Origin: an uncultured Planctomycetaceae bacterium | Lineage (GTDB): Bacteria; Planctomycetota; Planctomycetia; Planctomycetales; Planctomycetaceae | Assembly: GCA_963813715.1 (NCBI GenBank) | Contig: CAWFAK010000005.1 | Span: 128,001-192,000, forward strand | Length of the DNA: 64,000 nucleotides | Reading direction: 5' to 3' | Shown here: piece after piece, positions 1 through 11,600 of the stretch | Position numbering within the stretch: the stretch's first letter is position 1 | How the letters are laid out: each line of letters starts with the position of its first letter | Translations under genes and position numbers: made by a program | Notes under the pieces: generated by a model | What the model was told of the DNA's origin: nothing | Databases searched by the model: none | The model's input: the letters and a program-made list of their open reading frames with translations, nothing else

Positions 1-924
1 GATACCTACGAAATCCACGACGTGCGTCCAGCGCCGGCAACGACGGACGATCCGTTTAAACCCAGACTCGAGCCCCCGCGCGATACCGAGTTTCGTGCGG
101 CCGGCACGGAGCGATTCGAAGTGAAACAAGCGACCGGCGGGCACCTGTTCGTGCGGCCCAAAATCAATGGCGTCGACGTCGGCTGGTTCGCCCTCGACAC
201 GGGAACCGGCGCAGGCATGACGATTTCGCCCACGCTCGCCCAGCGGCTAGCCATGCCCGCGTTTGGCCAGGTGGTGCAGGGGGGCGCGGGGAAACTTGGC
301 TTGGGTCAGCTCTATCAAGGTCAAACGTTCGAGTTGGGCTCGATCACGATCCACAACAGCGTCTACGTCGAGTTGCCGCAGGCCTTTTGCGACGCGATGA
401 AAAAACTGTTCGGCTTGGAACTCGTCGGCACGTGCGGCTACGACCTGTTCAGCCGAGCGGTCGTCGAGCTCGATCTGAAGCAGTTGACGGCGTCCTGCCA
501 CGAGCCGACCAGTTACACGCTCGAGAGCGGCCATTGGCAGGAGTTGCGGCTCAATCGCAAAATCTCCTGCGTCCAAGCCGCGTTCGAAGGTGGGCACGAC
601 GCCTTGTTCCAATTCGATACCGGGGCCGGCTCGAACATCGTCTTTCACGCGCCGGCCGTAGCACAGCTCAAGCTGCTCGAGCATCGCCGGACGAGGCCCA
701 TCAAAGTCGGCGGCGTGGGCGGCACGCTCGACGCGCAGCTCGGCCAGCTCGAATGGTTTCAAGTCGGCCAGCAACGGCTCGAGAAATTGAACGCCGTCTT
801 CCTGTCCCCGCACGAGGGTGCGCTCGACGACCCGTACGTTGCCGGCACGTTCGGCGCGGGGATCCTCAAAGGGATGAAGATCGTCTTCGACTATCCGCAC
901 CGCCGGATCGCGTTCCGAAAATGA
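1..924 (+). CDS. Retropepsin-like aspartyl protease with two tandem catalytic domains (5' end probably outside the window)
   Basis: Two DTG motifs (FALDTGTG, FQFDTGAG), each followed by a flap and a G-x-x-G-hydrophobic motif (GTCGYDLF, GTFGAGIL). The frame is open from position 1. Confidence 0.8.
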   Translation, partial: DTYEIHDVRPAPATTDDPFKPRLEPPRDTEFRAAGTERFEVKQATGGHLFVRPKINGVDVGWFALDTGTGAGMTISPTLAQRLAMPAFGQVVQGGAGKLGLGQLYQGQTFELGSITIHNSVYVELPQAFCDAMKKLFGLELVGTCGYDLFSRAVVELDLKQLTASCHEPTSYTLESGHWQELRLNRKISCVQAAFEGGHDALFQFDTGAGSNIVFHAPAVAQLKLLEHRRTRPIKVGGVGGTLDAQLGQLEWFQVGQQRLEKLNAVFLSPHEGALDDPYVAGTFGAGILKGMKIVFDYPHRRIAFRK

Positions 925-963
925 GCGGTCGCGGTTACCCAGAACACGCGCAGCGAACCGGTC

Positions 964-2087
964 TCACCCCCGGTCGCCCAGCGGCACGAATTTTCGTTCT
1001 TTCGGGCCCGTGTAGTTCGAGCGGGGGCGGATCAGGCGGTTGTTTTCCGTTTGCTCGATGAAGTGGGCCGCCCAGCCGACGATGCGGCTGGCGACGAACA
1101 GCGGCGTGTAGAGTTCGACCGGCAGGCCCATGTAGTGGTAGAGCCGGGCGCTGGGCCAATCGAGATTCGGCGGCAGCCCTTTCTCCGCGCGGACGTGCGC
1201 TTCGATGGTGTCGGCAATTTGCTCGAGCTCCAGTCGAGCCGCTCTCCTCGGCCAGGCGACGGCAATGCTCGCGCAACAGCACGGCCCGCGGATCGCCGTC
1301 CTTGTAAACGCGATGGCCAAAACCCATGATCCGCCGCTTCTTCGCCAGCGCGTCGCGGACCCATTCCTCGGCCACCTCGGCGGAAGGGACCTCCTGCAAG
1401 ACTTCGATCGCCCGCTCGTTGGCCCCGCCGTGCAGCGGACCTTTGAGTGCGCCGATGGCGGCGGTGATGGCCGAATAAATGTCCGATTGTGTCGACGCGA
1501 CCACTCGAGCCGTGAAGGTTGACGCGTTGAATTCGTGCTCGGCGTACAGGATCAGCGAGACGTCCATCGCCTGCTCGTGCGCAGGGGACGGTTCTTTACC
1601 CGTGATCATGTAGAGCAGGTTGCCCGAAAAACTCAGCTCGGGGTTGGGAGTCACCAGCGGCAAGCCGCGGGAGCCGCGGTGACGGGCGCCGATCAACACG
1701 GGAATCCGCGCCAACATGCGGATCGCCTTGGCGCGATTGGCCTCCGACCCCGTCATCGTCCAACTGCGGATCGAAGTGGGCCAGCGCGCTCACGCCCGTG
1801 CGGAGCACGTCCATGGCGGGAACGTGCAGCGGAATGTGGGCCAAGAACTCGAGAATCGACGGCTCGACCTCTTCCGATTCGGACAACACCGACTGAAAGT
1901 CGGCCAGCTCCTCTTGCGACGGCAGATCGTCGTGCAGCAGCAGGTAGGCAACGTCGAGGAACGAGCCGTGCTTGGCCAACTCTTCGATCGTATAGCCGCG
2001 GTAGGTCAGCCCGCCTTCGACGGTCGAAACGGCCGTCTCGCCGGCGATGACTCCCTCCAGCCCGGGATAATAGCGCTCGTTGCTCAT
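964..2087 (-). CDS. Citrate/2-methylcitrate synthase (rejoined across 2 frameshifts near 1755 and 1235)
   Basis: GLEGVIAGET, LYAEHEFNASTF, GPLHGGANE, GFGHRVYK..DPR and PNLDW motifs spread over ORFs 1596..2102, 935..1756 and 964..1320. Confidence 0.9.
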
Positions 2088-2204
2088 CAAAGTGTCCTTC
2101 AAGCATCGCGTGCAGTGGACGCGACAATCCAGTCCCAGCGTGCGACGCGATTCTAACCGAATCGACAGACGAAATCCGCCCGGTTCCCGCTCAGGCGGCC
2201 CGTC

Positions 2205-2429
2205 TTAATAGTGCGGCGGCCGCTCTTCCTCGGGGTCGCGAGTTTCGGGCGGCCCGCCGTTGTCGCGGTCGAGCCGCCACTCGAGGCGTTCGACGGCGAC
2301 GCGAAGTGCTTCAAGGGCCCGGTGCTGGGTGACGACGGATTCGCTGAGCTGTTCGACCTCGTGTTCCAGCTGCATAAGCGCCGTTTCGAGTCGAACGAGC
2401 CGATCTTCGGGAGCATTGCCGGGCTGCAT
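2205..2429 (-). CDS. slyX: SlyX family protein
   Basis: Short coiled coil (RLVRLETALMQLEHEVEQLSE) with the C-terminal EERPPHY signature. Confidence 0.85.
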   Translation of the reverse strand: MQPGNAPEDRLVRLETALMQLEHEVEQLSESVVTQHRALEALRVAVERLEWRLDRDNGGPPETRDPEEERPPHY

Positions 2430-2573
2430 GCCGGGTTCCTCGAGAACGGGCCCTTTTCGTGGAGGGGCCAATTTTTTGGTGCCGCGTTTTCCTTCCGCCA
2501 GTCTCTTTGAGCATAATCAACAATCAGACCGATCGACGCGACTTCCACGAGCTTCTGCGAGGCGCCCACTCCG

Positions 2574-4203
2574 ATGAAACGTCTTTCCGCTGTAACCCGA
2601 ACGCGAGCAACCCGAACCGGCGCGATTCCTACGTGGGCAAATCGACTTTCTGTGCTCCGGATCTCGCTGGCCGCTGCCGGCTTGGCGGTGGCGATCGGTT
2701 CCCCGGCCACGGCCGAGGACTGGCGGTTCGCCGTCAAGTTTTCGGAAAGCGTCCGCCAAGAGCCTTACACGGGCCGCGTCTATATCTTCTTGAATAACGG
2801 GAGCGAGCCGCGGCGCGATTCGGGCTGGTTCAGCCCGGGGCAGATTCTGGCTCGCGACGTGGAAAACTGGAAGCCGGGTGAGCCGTTGGAGTTTGCCAGC
2901 GGAGACAAATCGGTCCTGGCCTATCCGAAGCCACTCGCCAAGATGAAGCTCGCCGAGGAGTCGGCGGAGGCCGTCATCCGCTTCAACCCGTACGAGCGCG
3001 AGGTCGGCAGCGGTCCAGGCAACGGATACAGCCAGGCGATCAAAGTCGGCGAATCATCGGCCAAGCGTCCGGTGCTCATCGTCGATCGCGTGGTGCCGCC
3101 CCGGCGGTTCGTCGAGACCGACACCCGCAAGGAGATCTTCGTCCACTCGAAACTGCTGTCCGATTTCTACGGACGGCGACGTCGAGCTGAGCGGGGCCGT
3201 CTTTCTGCCCAAGAGTTATCGCAACAATTCGACGGCCCGCTATCCGACCTTGTTCATGATTCCCGGCTTCGGCGGGACCCATTACGTGACCCGCACGCCG
3301 CGCTTTGCCGAGGAAGCGGGGGGAGTCGAGTTTATCCGCGTCGTGCTCGAGCCGAGCTGTCCCATGGGCCATCACGTCTTCGCCGACTCGGCCAATAACG
3401 GTCCCGTGGGGCAGGCCCTCGTCACCGAGTTTCTGCCCGGGTTCGACCGGGCATTCCGTTCCGTGAGCGATCCGCGGGCCCGCTTCCTGACCGGGCATTC
3501 GTCCGGGGGCTGGAGCAGCCTGTGGATCCAGATCAGCCATCCGGACGACTTCGCCGGCACCTGGAGCACGTCGCCTGACCCGGTCGATTTTCGCGATTTC
3601 CAGCAGATCGACATCTATCACCCGGGCACGAACATGTACGTCGACGCCAAGGGGAAAGAGCGGCCCCTGGCGCGGCTGGGTTCGGGGCCGGTCCTCTTCT
3701 ATAAGAACTTCTGCCAGATGGAGGACATCCTGGGACCCGGTGGACAGCTGATGAGCTTCGAAGCGGTGTTCGGGCCCAGCCTGCCGACAGCCGGCGGCTC
3801 ACCCGTCACGAGCGGCATCCGGCATCCCCGCCCGCTGTGGAACCGCAAAACAGGGGAGATCGACCCGGCTGTCGCCAAAGACTGGGAGAAGTATGACATT
3901 CACCTGGTGCTCGAGCGGAACTGGGATCAATTGGGGCCCAAGCTGGCGGGCAAACTGCATGTCTACATGGGGACCGAGGACACGTTCTACCTCGAGGGAG
4001 CGGCCCGCCTGCTCAAGAAATCCCTGGCCAAATTGAAGAGCGATGCCGTGGTCGAGCTGATCCCGAAAAAGAACCACATGAACCTGCTCGACCGCGCCCT
4101 GTCCGATCGGCTGCAACGGGAAATGGCCGCCTCCTACCGCAAGTCTTTCCCCGACGCCAAGCACGCCGAACCCGCGGCCGCCGCCACCAGCTCGGCGAAG
4201 TGA
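2574..4203 (+). CDS. Secreted alpha/beta-hydrolase (enterochelin-esterase-like), frameshift near 3176
   Basis: Signal-like segment (LAAAGLAVAIGSPATAED), nucleophile motif GHSSGG, and GTEDTFYL..NH acid/His region. ORFs 2574..3398 and 3250..4203 join in YGRDVELSGAVFLPKSY. Confidence 0.8.
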
Positions 4204-4739
4204 CCGCAAGCCGAAGCAGCGGCCGTCGGCCCTCTACGCGCGACTAACACCCCCTGGTCGCCGTTGTGCATCACTGCGGCGTCGTCACCGGTCGCTTTTA
4301 GATGCGAGCGTACCGGCCGGTCAGGCTCTCTTCAGGGCTCGATTACGTGGCCCCCGCCGACCGGGTCGATCGACCGTTTGCCCCCCATTTGGAGGTCCAA
4401 AATCCCGCTCAGACCCCAATCCATCGGTAATGTAATGAACTTGTGATTATGCCAGTAAGTTATTTCAGGAAAGCATGTTAACGGAAGTGTCTCGCCTGAG
4501 GACCGTCTCGGATCCGTAGCTTTGTACACCCCATTTGGCCATCCCGGGGTTGACCGGTTTTTGCGGAGGCCATACATACGTTGCCACACATGTAACTTGA
4601 TTGATGCGTGGTGGTGTGCTCTAATCTGAGCCCTGCCCGCCTTGGGTGCTCCGACCTGCGGACCGGCCTCTGAAGTCGGTTTCGCCGAGCCCCCTCTACC
4701 TCCCGCCGCGGTTTTCTGTCTGTTACTACCGGAGGGCCA

Positions 4740-6253
4740 ATGATGAAAGCTCTAGTAGCCATACTGGCAATGTCGACTTCTGTCGCCGCAGGTACGGCGG
4801 TCTACCTGTCGACGACTCGGCCAAAGCTGACTCCCAAGCCGACAATGACGGCCACCGTCCCCACAGCGGACGCGCTAGCTGACGTGACTCCCCTTGCTCG
4901 CCGGACGCCGGCTGAACGGACCGACGTGGGCGGCCGGCTGGTGGCGGCCTCGGAATTCGAGGTTCGGGCGACGACGAGCGGCAGCGTCCTGCACGCCCGT
5001 GTCGATCCGGGCGACTTCGTCGAAAAAGGTCAAACTTTGATCGAATTGGAGAACATTGCTGTCGACGAATCGGTCCGACGAGCGGAAACCGGCCTCGAAC
5101 AAGCCAAGAGCGACCTCGAGGCCGAGCAGGCACGGCGGGCCAACATTGAGCAAAGCCAAGCCTCGACGGGCCGATTTGCGTCGCGAAGCGGTCTGGGACG
5201 TTTTGCCCGCAGCGACGAGCAGCAGGCCCGAGCCCGGCTGGCCGAGGCCGAAAATGCCCTCGCCAAGGCTCGCCAGTCACAGGCCGACGCCCAAATCGTC
5301 TCCCCGATCAACGGCTACGTGGCCGAACGGCGGGTCAGCATCGGCGACCGGGTGTCTCCGGGCACGGAGGTCGTTCACGTGGTCGATATTTCGATCCTCA
5401 AGCTGACGGTCGACGTGGTCGACGTCAACTCGTCCGAAACGCTGTCGACCCGCGAAGCACTCGTCACCTGCGAGGCGGTTCCTGGTCGGCAATTCGTCGG
5501 CCGAGTGGTCCGCTCCTTGAGCAACGACACTGCCCCGGGTCATACCAACACGCTGACGATCGAAGTCGCCAATTCCGATCGAGTGCTGAAGCCGGGAATG
5601 GCGGCCCGGCGCGGCTCGTATCCGAATCGTCCGGCGAGTTGGCATACGCCTCGCGGTCGGGCAGCTACGGCTCGCTACGGCGGCAATCCGCGAGCACGGC
5701 CAACGGTCCCAGCGATGGGGACCTCTTCCGCGAAATGGTCTCGAGCATCAAGGGCTTGGCCGTCACGCTGACGGCTGCGGCGGACGCCCAGAACAAAGAT
5801 TTGACGCGCAAGCAGGAAGCCGCCAAGGTGACGGTCGACGCGACGACGCAATACTTCGGACTCCTCGAACGGCAGGTCAACGACCTGCGGCCGGAGAATG
5901 CGGCGCACCACGCGGTCAGCCTCGAGAAATCGGCCGACGAAATCGATAGTCTGCCGATCCTGCACGTCGACGAGGAGCTGTTGGCTTTCGGGGCGGAGGT
6001 AGCCCAAAATCTGCGTTCGATGGCCGAACGCCGGCGGTCGATCAGCCGCTCGCGATCCAATGCCGACGTGACCGTGTCGGATGAAGCGCAGTCCGAGAAC
6101 AGTGCGATTCGCACGCAGGGGATCCAAAGGATCACCATCGGCCTGGCGGGCATGCGGCGCAAGATGACCAAGAAGTACAATCTGGAGTTCCTCGCCAACG
6201 CCGGAAACCTGCGGGCCGCCGCTTCGACGCGGCGACACACCGCCCGACGCTGA
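4740..6253 (+). CDS. RND-type periplasmic adaptor (MFP) with a C-terminal helical extension, frameshift near 5610
   Basis: Lipoyl/hairpin motifs VDPGDFVEKGQTL and IVSPINGYV, then LKPGM. A one-base correction gives AARARLVSESSGELAYASR, which runs into ORF 5639..6253. Confidence 0.7.
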
Positions 6254-6317
6254 AACGTGGCCCGTCCCCGGCCGGTGCGTTTCGCGCCGGCCGGACGGGT
6301 TGGCACGAAAGGCCTGT

Positions 6318-7454
6318 ATGAGCCACGCCAATCCGGAAGACGGTTTTCGCGACGCCACGCGAGTCGTGCGCGCGGGACTTCCCGCGCCTGCGCAAGGCGA
6401 GGCCTTCTTGCCCGGGCCCGTCTTTGCCGCGATGTTCCAGTTCTCGGGCGACCCGGCAAGCTCGCCCTTCACATACGGGCGGTTCCACAATCCGACGTGG
6501 AACCACTACGAGGCGGCGCTCGCCGAGCTCGAGGGCGGTCCCGCGGTGGCGTTTGCCTCGGGAATGGCGGCGGTCGCCGCGGTGCTCGGCACGGCGCTGG
6601 GGCCGGGCGACGTCCTCGTGATGCCGTCCGACGGTTACTACACCTGCCGGCTGCTCGCCAAGGGGCATTTTGCAAACGCCCAGATCTCGGTCCGCGAAGT
6701 GCCAACGGCCGCCGTCCCAGCCGAACAGCTGCGCGGCGCCAAGCTGCTGCTCCTGGAGACGCCGACCAATCCCGGACTCGACGTCTGCGATATCCGCGCG
6801 CTGGCGGCCGCCGCAAACGAGCAGGGAGTTCTGGTCGCCGTCGACAACACGACGCCCACGGTGCTCGGTCAGCGTCCCTTGGCGCTCGGTGCCGATTTTT
6901 CGCTGGCGGCCGACACCAAAGCGCTCTCCGGCCACGCCGACTTGATGCTGGGGCACGTCGCCTGCCGGAGCGAAGAGGCGGCCCAAAAACTAAGAACGTG
7001 GCGCACACAGATGGGATCGATCCCAGGACCGATGGAAGTCTGGCTGGCCCACCGCTCTTTGGCGTCACTCGATGTTCGGCTCGAGCGGATGTGCGTCAAC
7101 GCGCTGGCGATCGCGCAGTGCCTGGCCGAACACCGGGTCGTGCGGAGTGTGCGTTATCCCGGGTTGCCGGCCGACCCGGCGCATGCCGTCGCGCGACAGC
7201 AAATGAGCCGCTTTGGTCCCGTCGTCAGTTTCGAGCTGGCCGGCCAGGCGCAGGCTGAGCGGTTCTTCAAAGAGTCGAAGCTCGTGGACGAAGCCACCAG
7301 CTTTGGCAGCGTGCGGACGACGGCCGAACGCCGCGCCCGTTGGTCCAGCGACCCGGTTTCTCCCGGGTTCATCCGGCTGAGCGCAGGCTGCGAGGACACC
7401 GGCGACCTGCTGGCGGATCTGTCGCGAAGTTTGGATGCAGTGTCGCAAGACTGA
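6318..7454 (+). CDS. Cystathionine gamma-lyase/synthase family PLP enzyme
   Basis: YGRFHNPT, FASGMAA, ETPTNP, VDNT, DTKALSGHAD (PLP lysine), ATSFG and IRLSAGCED motifs. Confidence 0.9.
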   Translation: MSHANPEDGFRDATRVVRAGLPAPAQGEAFLPGPVFAAMFQFSGDPASSPFTYGRFHNPTWNHYEAALAELEGGPAVAFASGMAAVAAVLGTALGPGDVLVMPSDGYYTCRLLAKGHFANAQISVREVPTAAVPAEQLRGAKLLLLETPTNPGLDVCDIRALAAAANEQGVLVAVDNTTPTVLGQRPLALGADFSLAADTKALSGHADLMLGHVACRSEEAAQKLRTWRTQMGSIPGPMEVWLAHRSLASLDVRLERMCVNALAIAQCLAEHRVVRSVRYPGLPADPAHAVARQQMSRFGPVVSFELAGQAQAERFFKESKLVDEATSFGSVRTTAERRARWSSDPVSPGFIRLSAGCEDTGDLLADLSRSLDAVSQD

Positions 7455-7614
7455 GACACATTCCGCGTCCCTTTGCCCGGCAAAACCGTTCCGATTGGCC
7501 AGATCCGGTCCAAATCTCGCGTTTCTCCGGACCGTCTTCGCTCTGCCGCGCGATCGTAACCTATCGTTTGCCAATACTTTGCGCGGCGGGAGCGGTCTGG
7601 CGCGCGGGCATTCC

Positions 7615-7630
7615 CGGCATGGCTCTTGCA
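7615..7630 (+). promoter_or_regulatory. Candidate sigma-54 (-24/-12) promoter
   Basis: CGGCATGGCTCTTGCA has GG-N10-GC spacing and lies about 85 bp upstream of the ATG at 7715. Confidence 0.55.
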
Positions 7631-7714
7631 TTTCTTACAGCCTGGGGCGCACGACGGAACGTGCAGTCTCTCATGGGGCAGAACCAAAAGCGAACCAATG
7701 ACGGAGACATCATT

Positions 7715-8059
7715 ATGAGGACTGCGATTCGAGCTTTGACAGTGGCCGGCATCGTCGGAATGGCGATGCTTGCGGGCAATGTTTCGACGGCGAAGGCGGC
7801 ACCGTACTGGAATCGGCCGGGCTACGGACGATTCAATCCGGGCTATCGGGCTTACGTTTATCCGTATGCCGCCGGACCCTACGCGTACGGCTACGGCTAC
7901 TCGTATCCGGGTTATTACGCCGGCTACACGCCGGGGTACTACGGCTACGCGTCGCCGGGCGTTTACGTCGGCGGGGGCTACTGGGGCGGCCGCGGATACT
8001 ACGGTCATGGGTACGGGGGCGGCCGTGGCTACGCGCACGGCGGCCACTGGCGCCGCTAG
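7715..8059 (+). CDS. Small secreted Gly/Tyr/Pro-rich low-complexity protein
   Basis: GGAG RBS, Sec signal (MRTAIRALTVAGIVGMAMLAGNVSTAKA), then YGYGYSYPGYYAGYTPGYYGY... ending in HWRR. Confidence 0.75.
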   Translation: MRTAIRALTVAGIVGMAMLAGNVSTAKAAPYWNRPGYGRFNPGYRAYVYPYAAGPYAYGYGYSYPGYYAGYTPGYYGYASPGVYVGGGYWGGRGYYGHGYGGGRGYAHGGHWRR

Positions 8060-8084
8060 AGGTCGGGAGCTAGCCAACGAGAAC

Positions 8085-8118
8085 GAAAAGGCGAGGGGGC
8101 AGACCCTCGCCCTTTTTC
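8085..8118 (+). terminator. Rho-independent terminator
   Basis: Hairpin GGCGAGGG..CCCTCGCC followed by a T-run, with an A-run on the 5' side, right after the stop at 8059. Confidence 0.75.
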
Positions 8119-8223
8119 ATTGCGAACGCCGTGGAACTCCGCACGCCGAGGACCCGTCTTAATCACGTTCCCACGTCTCTCTGGTAGAATCGCGGCCCCG
8201 TTTCTCTTGTCGGAGGATCCGTC

Positions 8224-8643
8224 ATGTCGCAGCGACGTCTGGCCGTATTGGGAATCGTCGGCGTTCTCCTGATCGTGGTCGTTGCCGGCGGCTTTTGGAT
8301 ATCTGATCGCCTCGAGCAGCGTCTGGCAGGGCTCGGGCACGAGGTCGCGTCACTCGAAATGGCGTTTCTAAAGCGCGCGTCGGAAACGGGGACGATCCCA
8401 GTTGCCAGTCCCCAGGTTCAGTTGAGTTGGGTAACTCCGGACAACAGCTTCGCGGTGCCCGCGCCCCCGGCGATTGCGACCGTCCGTCAGTCGCCCGGTC
8501 GATTCGCCGACGGCACGCCGCTCCCCGACGGCACTACCGCGCACGAAATCAACGGCATTCCCTATTACATCATGCCGCTGGCGGACAGCGCTTCGATCGC
8601 GCCGCTGGCGGGCGTCGGAACCGTGACGACGACTCGTCGCTAG
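8224..8643 (+). CDS. Hypothetical membrane-anchored protein
   Basis: GGAGG RBS, one N-terminal TM helix and a C-terminal PDGTTAHEINGIPYYIMPL motif. Confidence 0.65.
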   Translation: MSQRRLAVLGIVGVLLIVVVAGGFWISDRLEQRLAGLGHEVASLEMAFLKRASETGTIPVASPQVQLSWVTPDNSFAVPAPPAIATVRQSPGRFADGTPLPDGTTAHEINGIPYYIMPLADSASIAPLAGVGTVTTTRR

Positions 8644-8670
8644 CCGAGCCGGGGCGCAATAGACAAAGCC

Positions 8671-11600
8671 TTACTGCCGCTCGCGGTCGGGCGATTGCTT
8701 CACTTTGGCAGCGCCGGAGCGATGGCCCGAGTCGCGCGACTTTTTGCTCGAGCTTGCGGTGCCCGAACCCGCCGTGCCCGATCCTGCCGCCGGGCGCGTG
8801 GCCGGCCGTTCGATCCAGAATCGCTTCCGCTCGAACGGATACGTGGGCAGCACCATGCGGCGGCAACCCGCATCGGCGTAAACGCTCTCCCAATCGACAT
8901 GCAATCCGGCCTGATACAGCTCGGCGAGGGATTGAACGAACGCGAGACGCTCATCGGTCCCCGAGCCCAAGCTTGCCAGCCAGCAGCCCGCCGACTGGAA
9001 TCGCGAATCGTCGCGGAACAATCGCCGCGTCAGCTCGAGCAACGTGCCCCCGGGACCCACCTCGAGGAAGCAATCGCAGGCTTCGGCCAGCGTGCGGGCG
9101 CCTTCGGCAAAGCGGACCGGCTCGAGCAGCTGTCGACACCAATAGTCGGCCGTCGCAATTTCCGCCCCGGCGGGCCGCCCGGTTAGGTTAGACAAGAGCA
9201 GCGTTTGTGGCGGCGAAAGCGAAATCGATTCGACGACCTTGCGGAACTCAATGAAAGCCGGGTCGTCGGCCGACAGGTTGGACCGGCCGGCCAGCGGCAA
9301 TTTGCACGCGGCGATTCGCCGAGAGGTGAGTTCGCGAGCAAAGCGGCAGAGCGCCTCGGCCTCGCCCGCGACCACGACCTGATCGGGACCGTTGATCGCG
9401 GCGAGCGAGATGCCCGGCACGATCGGCAGCAATTCGCGAATCCTGGCTTCGTCCGCGCGAACAGCCAGCAGACCCTCGCGTCGTGTCGTCTCACGTTCGA
9501 GCTTCGCGCGGGCGGCGACCAGACACAGCCCGTCTTCGAGACTGAAGACGCCCGCCACCGCGGCCGCCGCGTACTCGCCCGCGCCGTGGCCGATCAGGGC
9601 CGCCGGTGCGACGCCCCACTCTCGCCACATCTGGGCCAACGCGTATTCGATCGCGAAGAGCAGGGGCTCGGCACTTTCGGGCCGGCTCGCCAGCGGAGCC
9701 GTCTCCTCGAAGAGGGGAGCCAGCAGCGGTTGCGGCAGATCGTTGGCCAACAACTCGGCACAACGATCGAGCGTTTGGCGGAAGCGCGGCTCTGTTTCAT
9801 ACAGCCGGCGGGCCCGTTCGAGCGACTGCGTGCCGACGCCGGGAAACAGAAAGCCGACGCGCGTGCGCGACACGTGCTTCGCCCCGTTCTCGCTGCCGTT
9901 CTTGGCCGCCGAGAGCGCGGCCACGAGTGCGTTGCGGAGCTCGGCCACACTCGAACCGACCGCCGCGAACCGCTCGCCAAAGTGTGCTCGGCCAACGGCC
10001 GCCGTAAAACAAATATCCGCGAGCGAGGAATCGTCCGCGTGTTCAAGCGCATCGCGATAGCGGCCGATCAAGGCCCGCAGCGCCGTGTGACTTCGTGCCG
10101 AGATCGGCAGCACGTGCGGCGTCCCGCCCGGCCGTTGTTGGGTCTTTAGCGACGGAGCCTCTTCGAGGATCACATGCGCGTTCGTGCCGCCGATGCCCAG
10201 CGAATTGACGCCGGCCCGCAACGGCTCTTCGCCGCGCCGCCAGTCCGCCAGATGCTTGTTGACGAAGAACGGGCTGTTGGCAAAGTCGATCCGCGGATTG
10301 GGCGTGTTGAAATGCAGCGTGGGTGGGATCTGCCGATGATAAATCGCCAAGGCCGCCTTGATGAAACCGGCGACGCCCGACGCGATCTGCAAGTGGCCCA
10401 CGTTGGTCTTCACCGAGCCGACCGCACAAAATTCCTTCTCGCCCGTGTGCTCGCGAAACGCCTGCGTGATGGCGCCCAGTTCGATGGGATCGCCCAGCAC
10501 GGTGCCGGTGCCATGCGCTTCGACGAAGCCGATCGTGCGGGGATCGACGCCCGAGCGGGCCAGCGCGTCGCCGACGACGTTCGCCATGCCTTCCTGGCTG
10601 GGGGCCAGATAGCCAACCTTGCCCGAGCCGTCGTTGTTCATCGCCGAACCCTTGATGACCGCAAAAATGTGGTCACCGTCGGCGATCGCTTCGTCGAGCC
10701 GTTTGAGCAGCACCATGCCGGCCCCGTTTCCGAAGACGGTCCCTTGGGCCCGCGCATCGAAAGCGCGGCAATGGCCGTCGGGCGAAACAATCATGTCGTC
10801 GAGGTAGAGGTAGCCGGCTTCCTGCGGCACCTTGATCGACACGCCGCCCGCGAGCGCCATGTCGCACTCACCGTAGCGGACGGACTGCGCCGCCATGTGG
10901 ATGGCAACCAGGGTCGTCGAGCAGGCGGTCTGCACGTTGATGCTGGGGCCGCGGAGGTTGAGCTTGTAGGAGATGCGGGTCGGCAGGTAGTCCTTGTCGT
11001 TGGCCACCATCACCTTGAACCCGCCCATCGAGTCGAGCGTGAAGATCTCCGACGGATCCTGCGGCGACTGGAAGGCCTGCGCGGGGCACAGATTGTTGAC
11101 CAGGTAGGTGTTCATCACCGCGCCGGCATAGACGCCGACCGAGCCGGCATACGCGTGCGGGTTGTAGCCGGCGACCTCGAACGTCTCCCACGCACACTCC
11201 AACATCACCCGCTGTTGCGGGTCCATGAGCGCGGCGTCGCGGGCGCTGAATACTGAAGAACTTCGCGTCGAACCACTCGATGTCGGGCAGGACAGGCGCA
11301 ACCTTCACGTAGTCGGGATTGGCCAGCAGGCTGGGATCGACGCCGGCGGCCAACGCTTCTTCGTCGGAGAAGAACTGCATCGACTCGACGCCGTCGCACA
11401 GGTTCTGCCAGAACTGCTGGAAGTTGCCCGCGCCGGGAAGCGGCAGGCCATGCCGATCACGGCGACGTCGCCCGCAGGGGCGACATTCGTGCGTGCGGCC
11501 TTGCGCCGACGGGCCGCAGTCCGTTCATCCGCCGGCGACCCCGCGTTGGACTTCGCCTGCCGGCTGAGGTAACCCGAGAGCGACTCGATCGTCGGATAGT

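Noticed and set aside
964..2087. Functional link between the citrate/methylcitrate synthase and BMC-derived acyl-CoA
   Set aside because: About 39 kb apart, no prpB/prpD nearby, and substrate specificity cannot be read from the sequence.
4455..4482. Loose TAAG..TTA palindromic motif, also near 7555-7583 and 62974-63002
   Set aside because: Too degenerate to support from three instances; it would need genome-wide motif discovery.
6299..6316. Sigma-54 site TTGGCACG before the cystathionine lyase
   Set aside because: No TTGC -12 element, and too close to the start codon.
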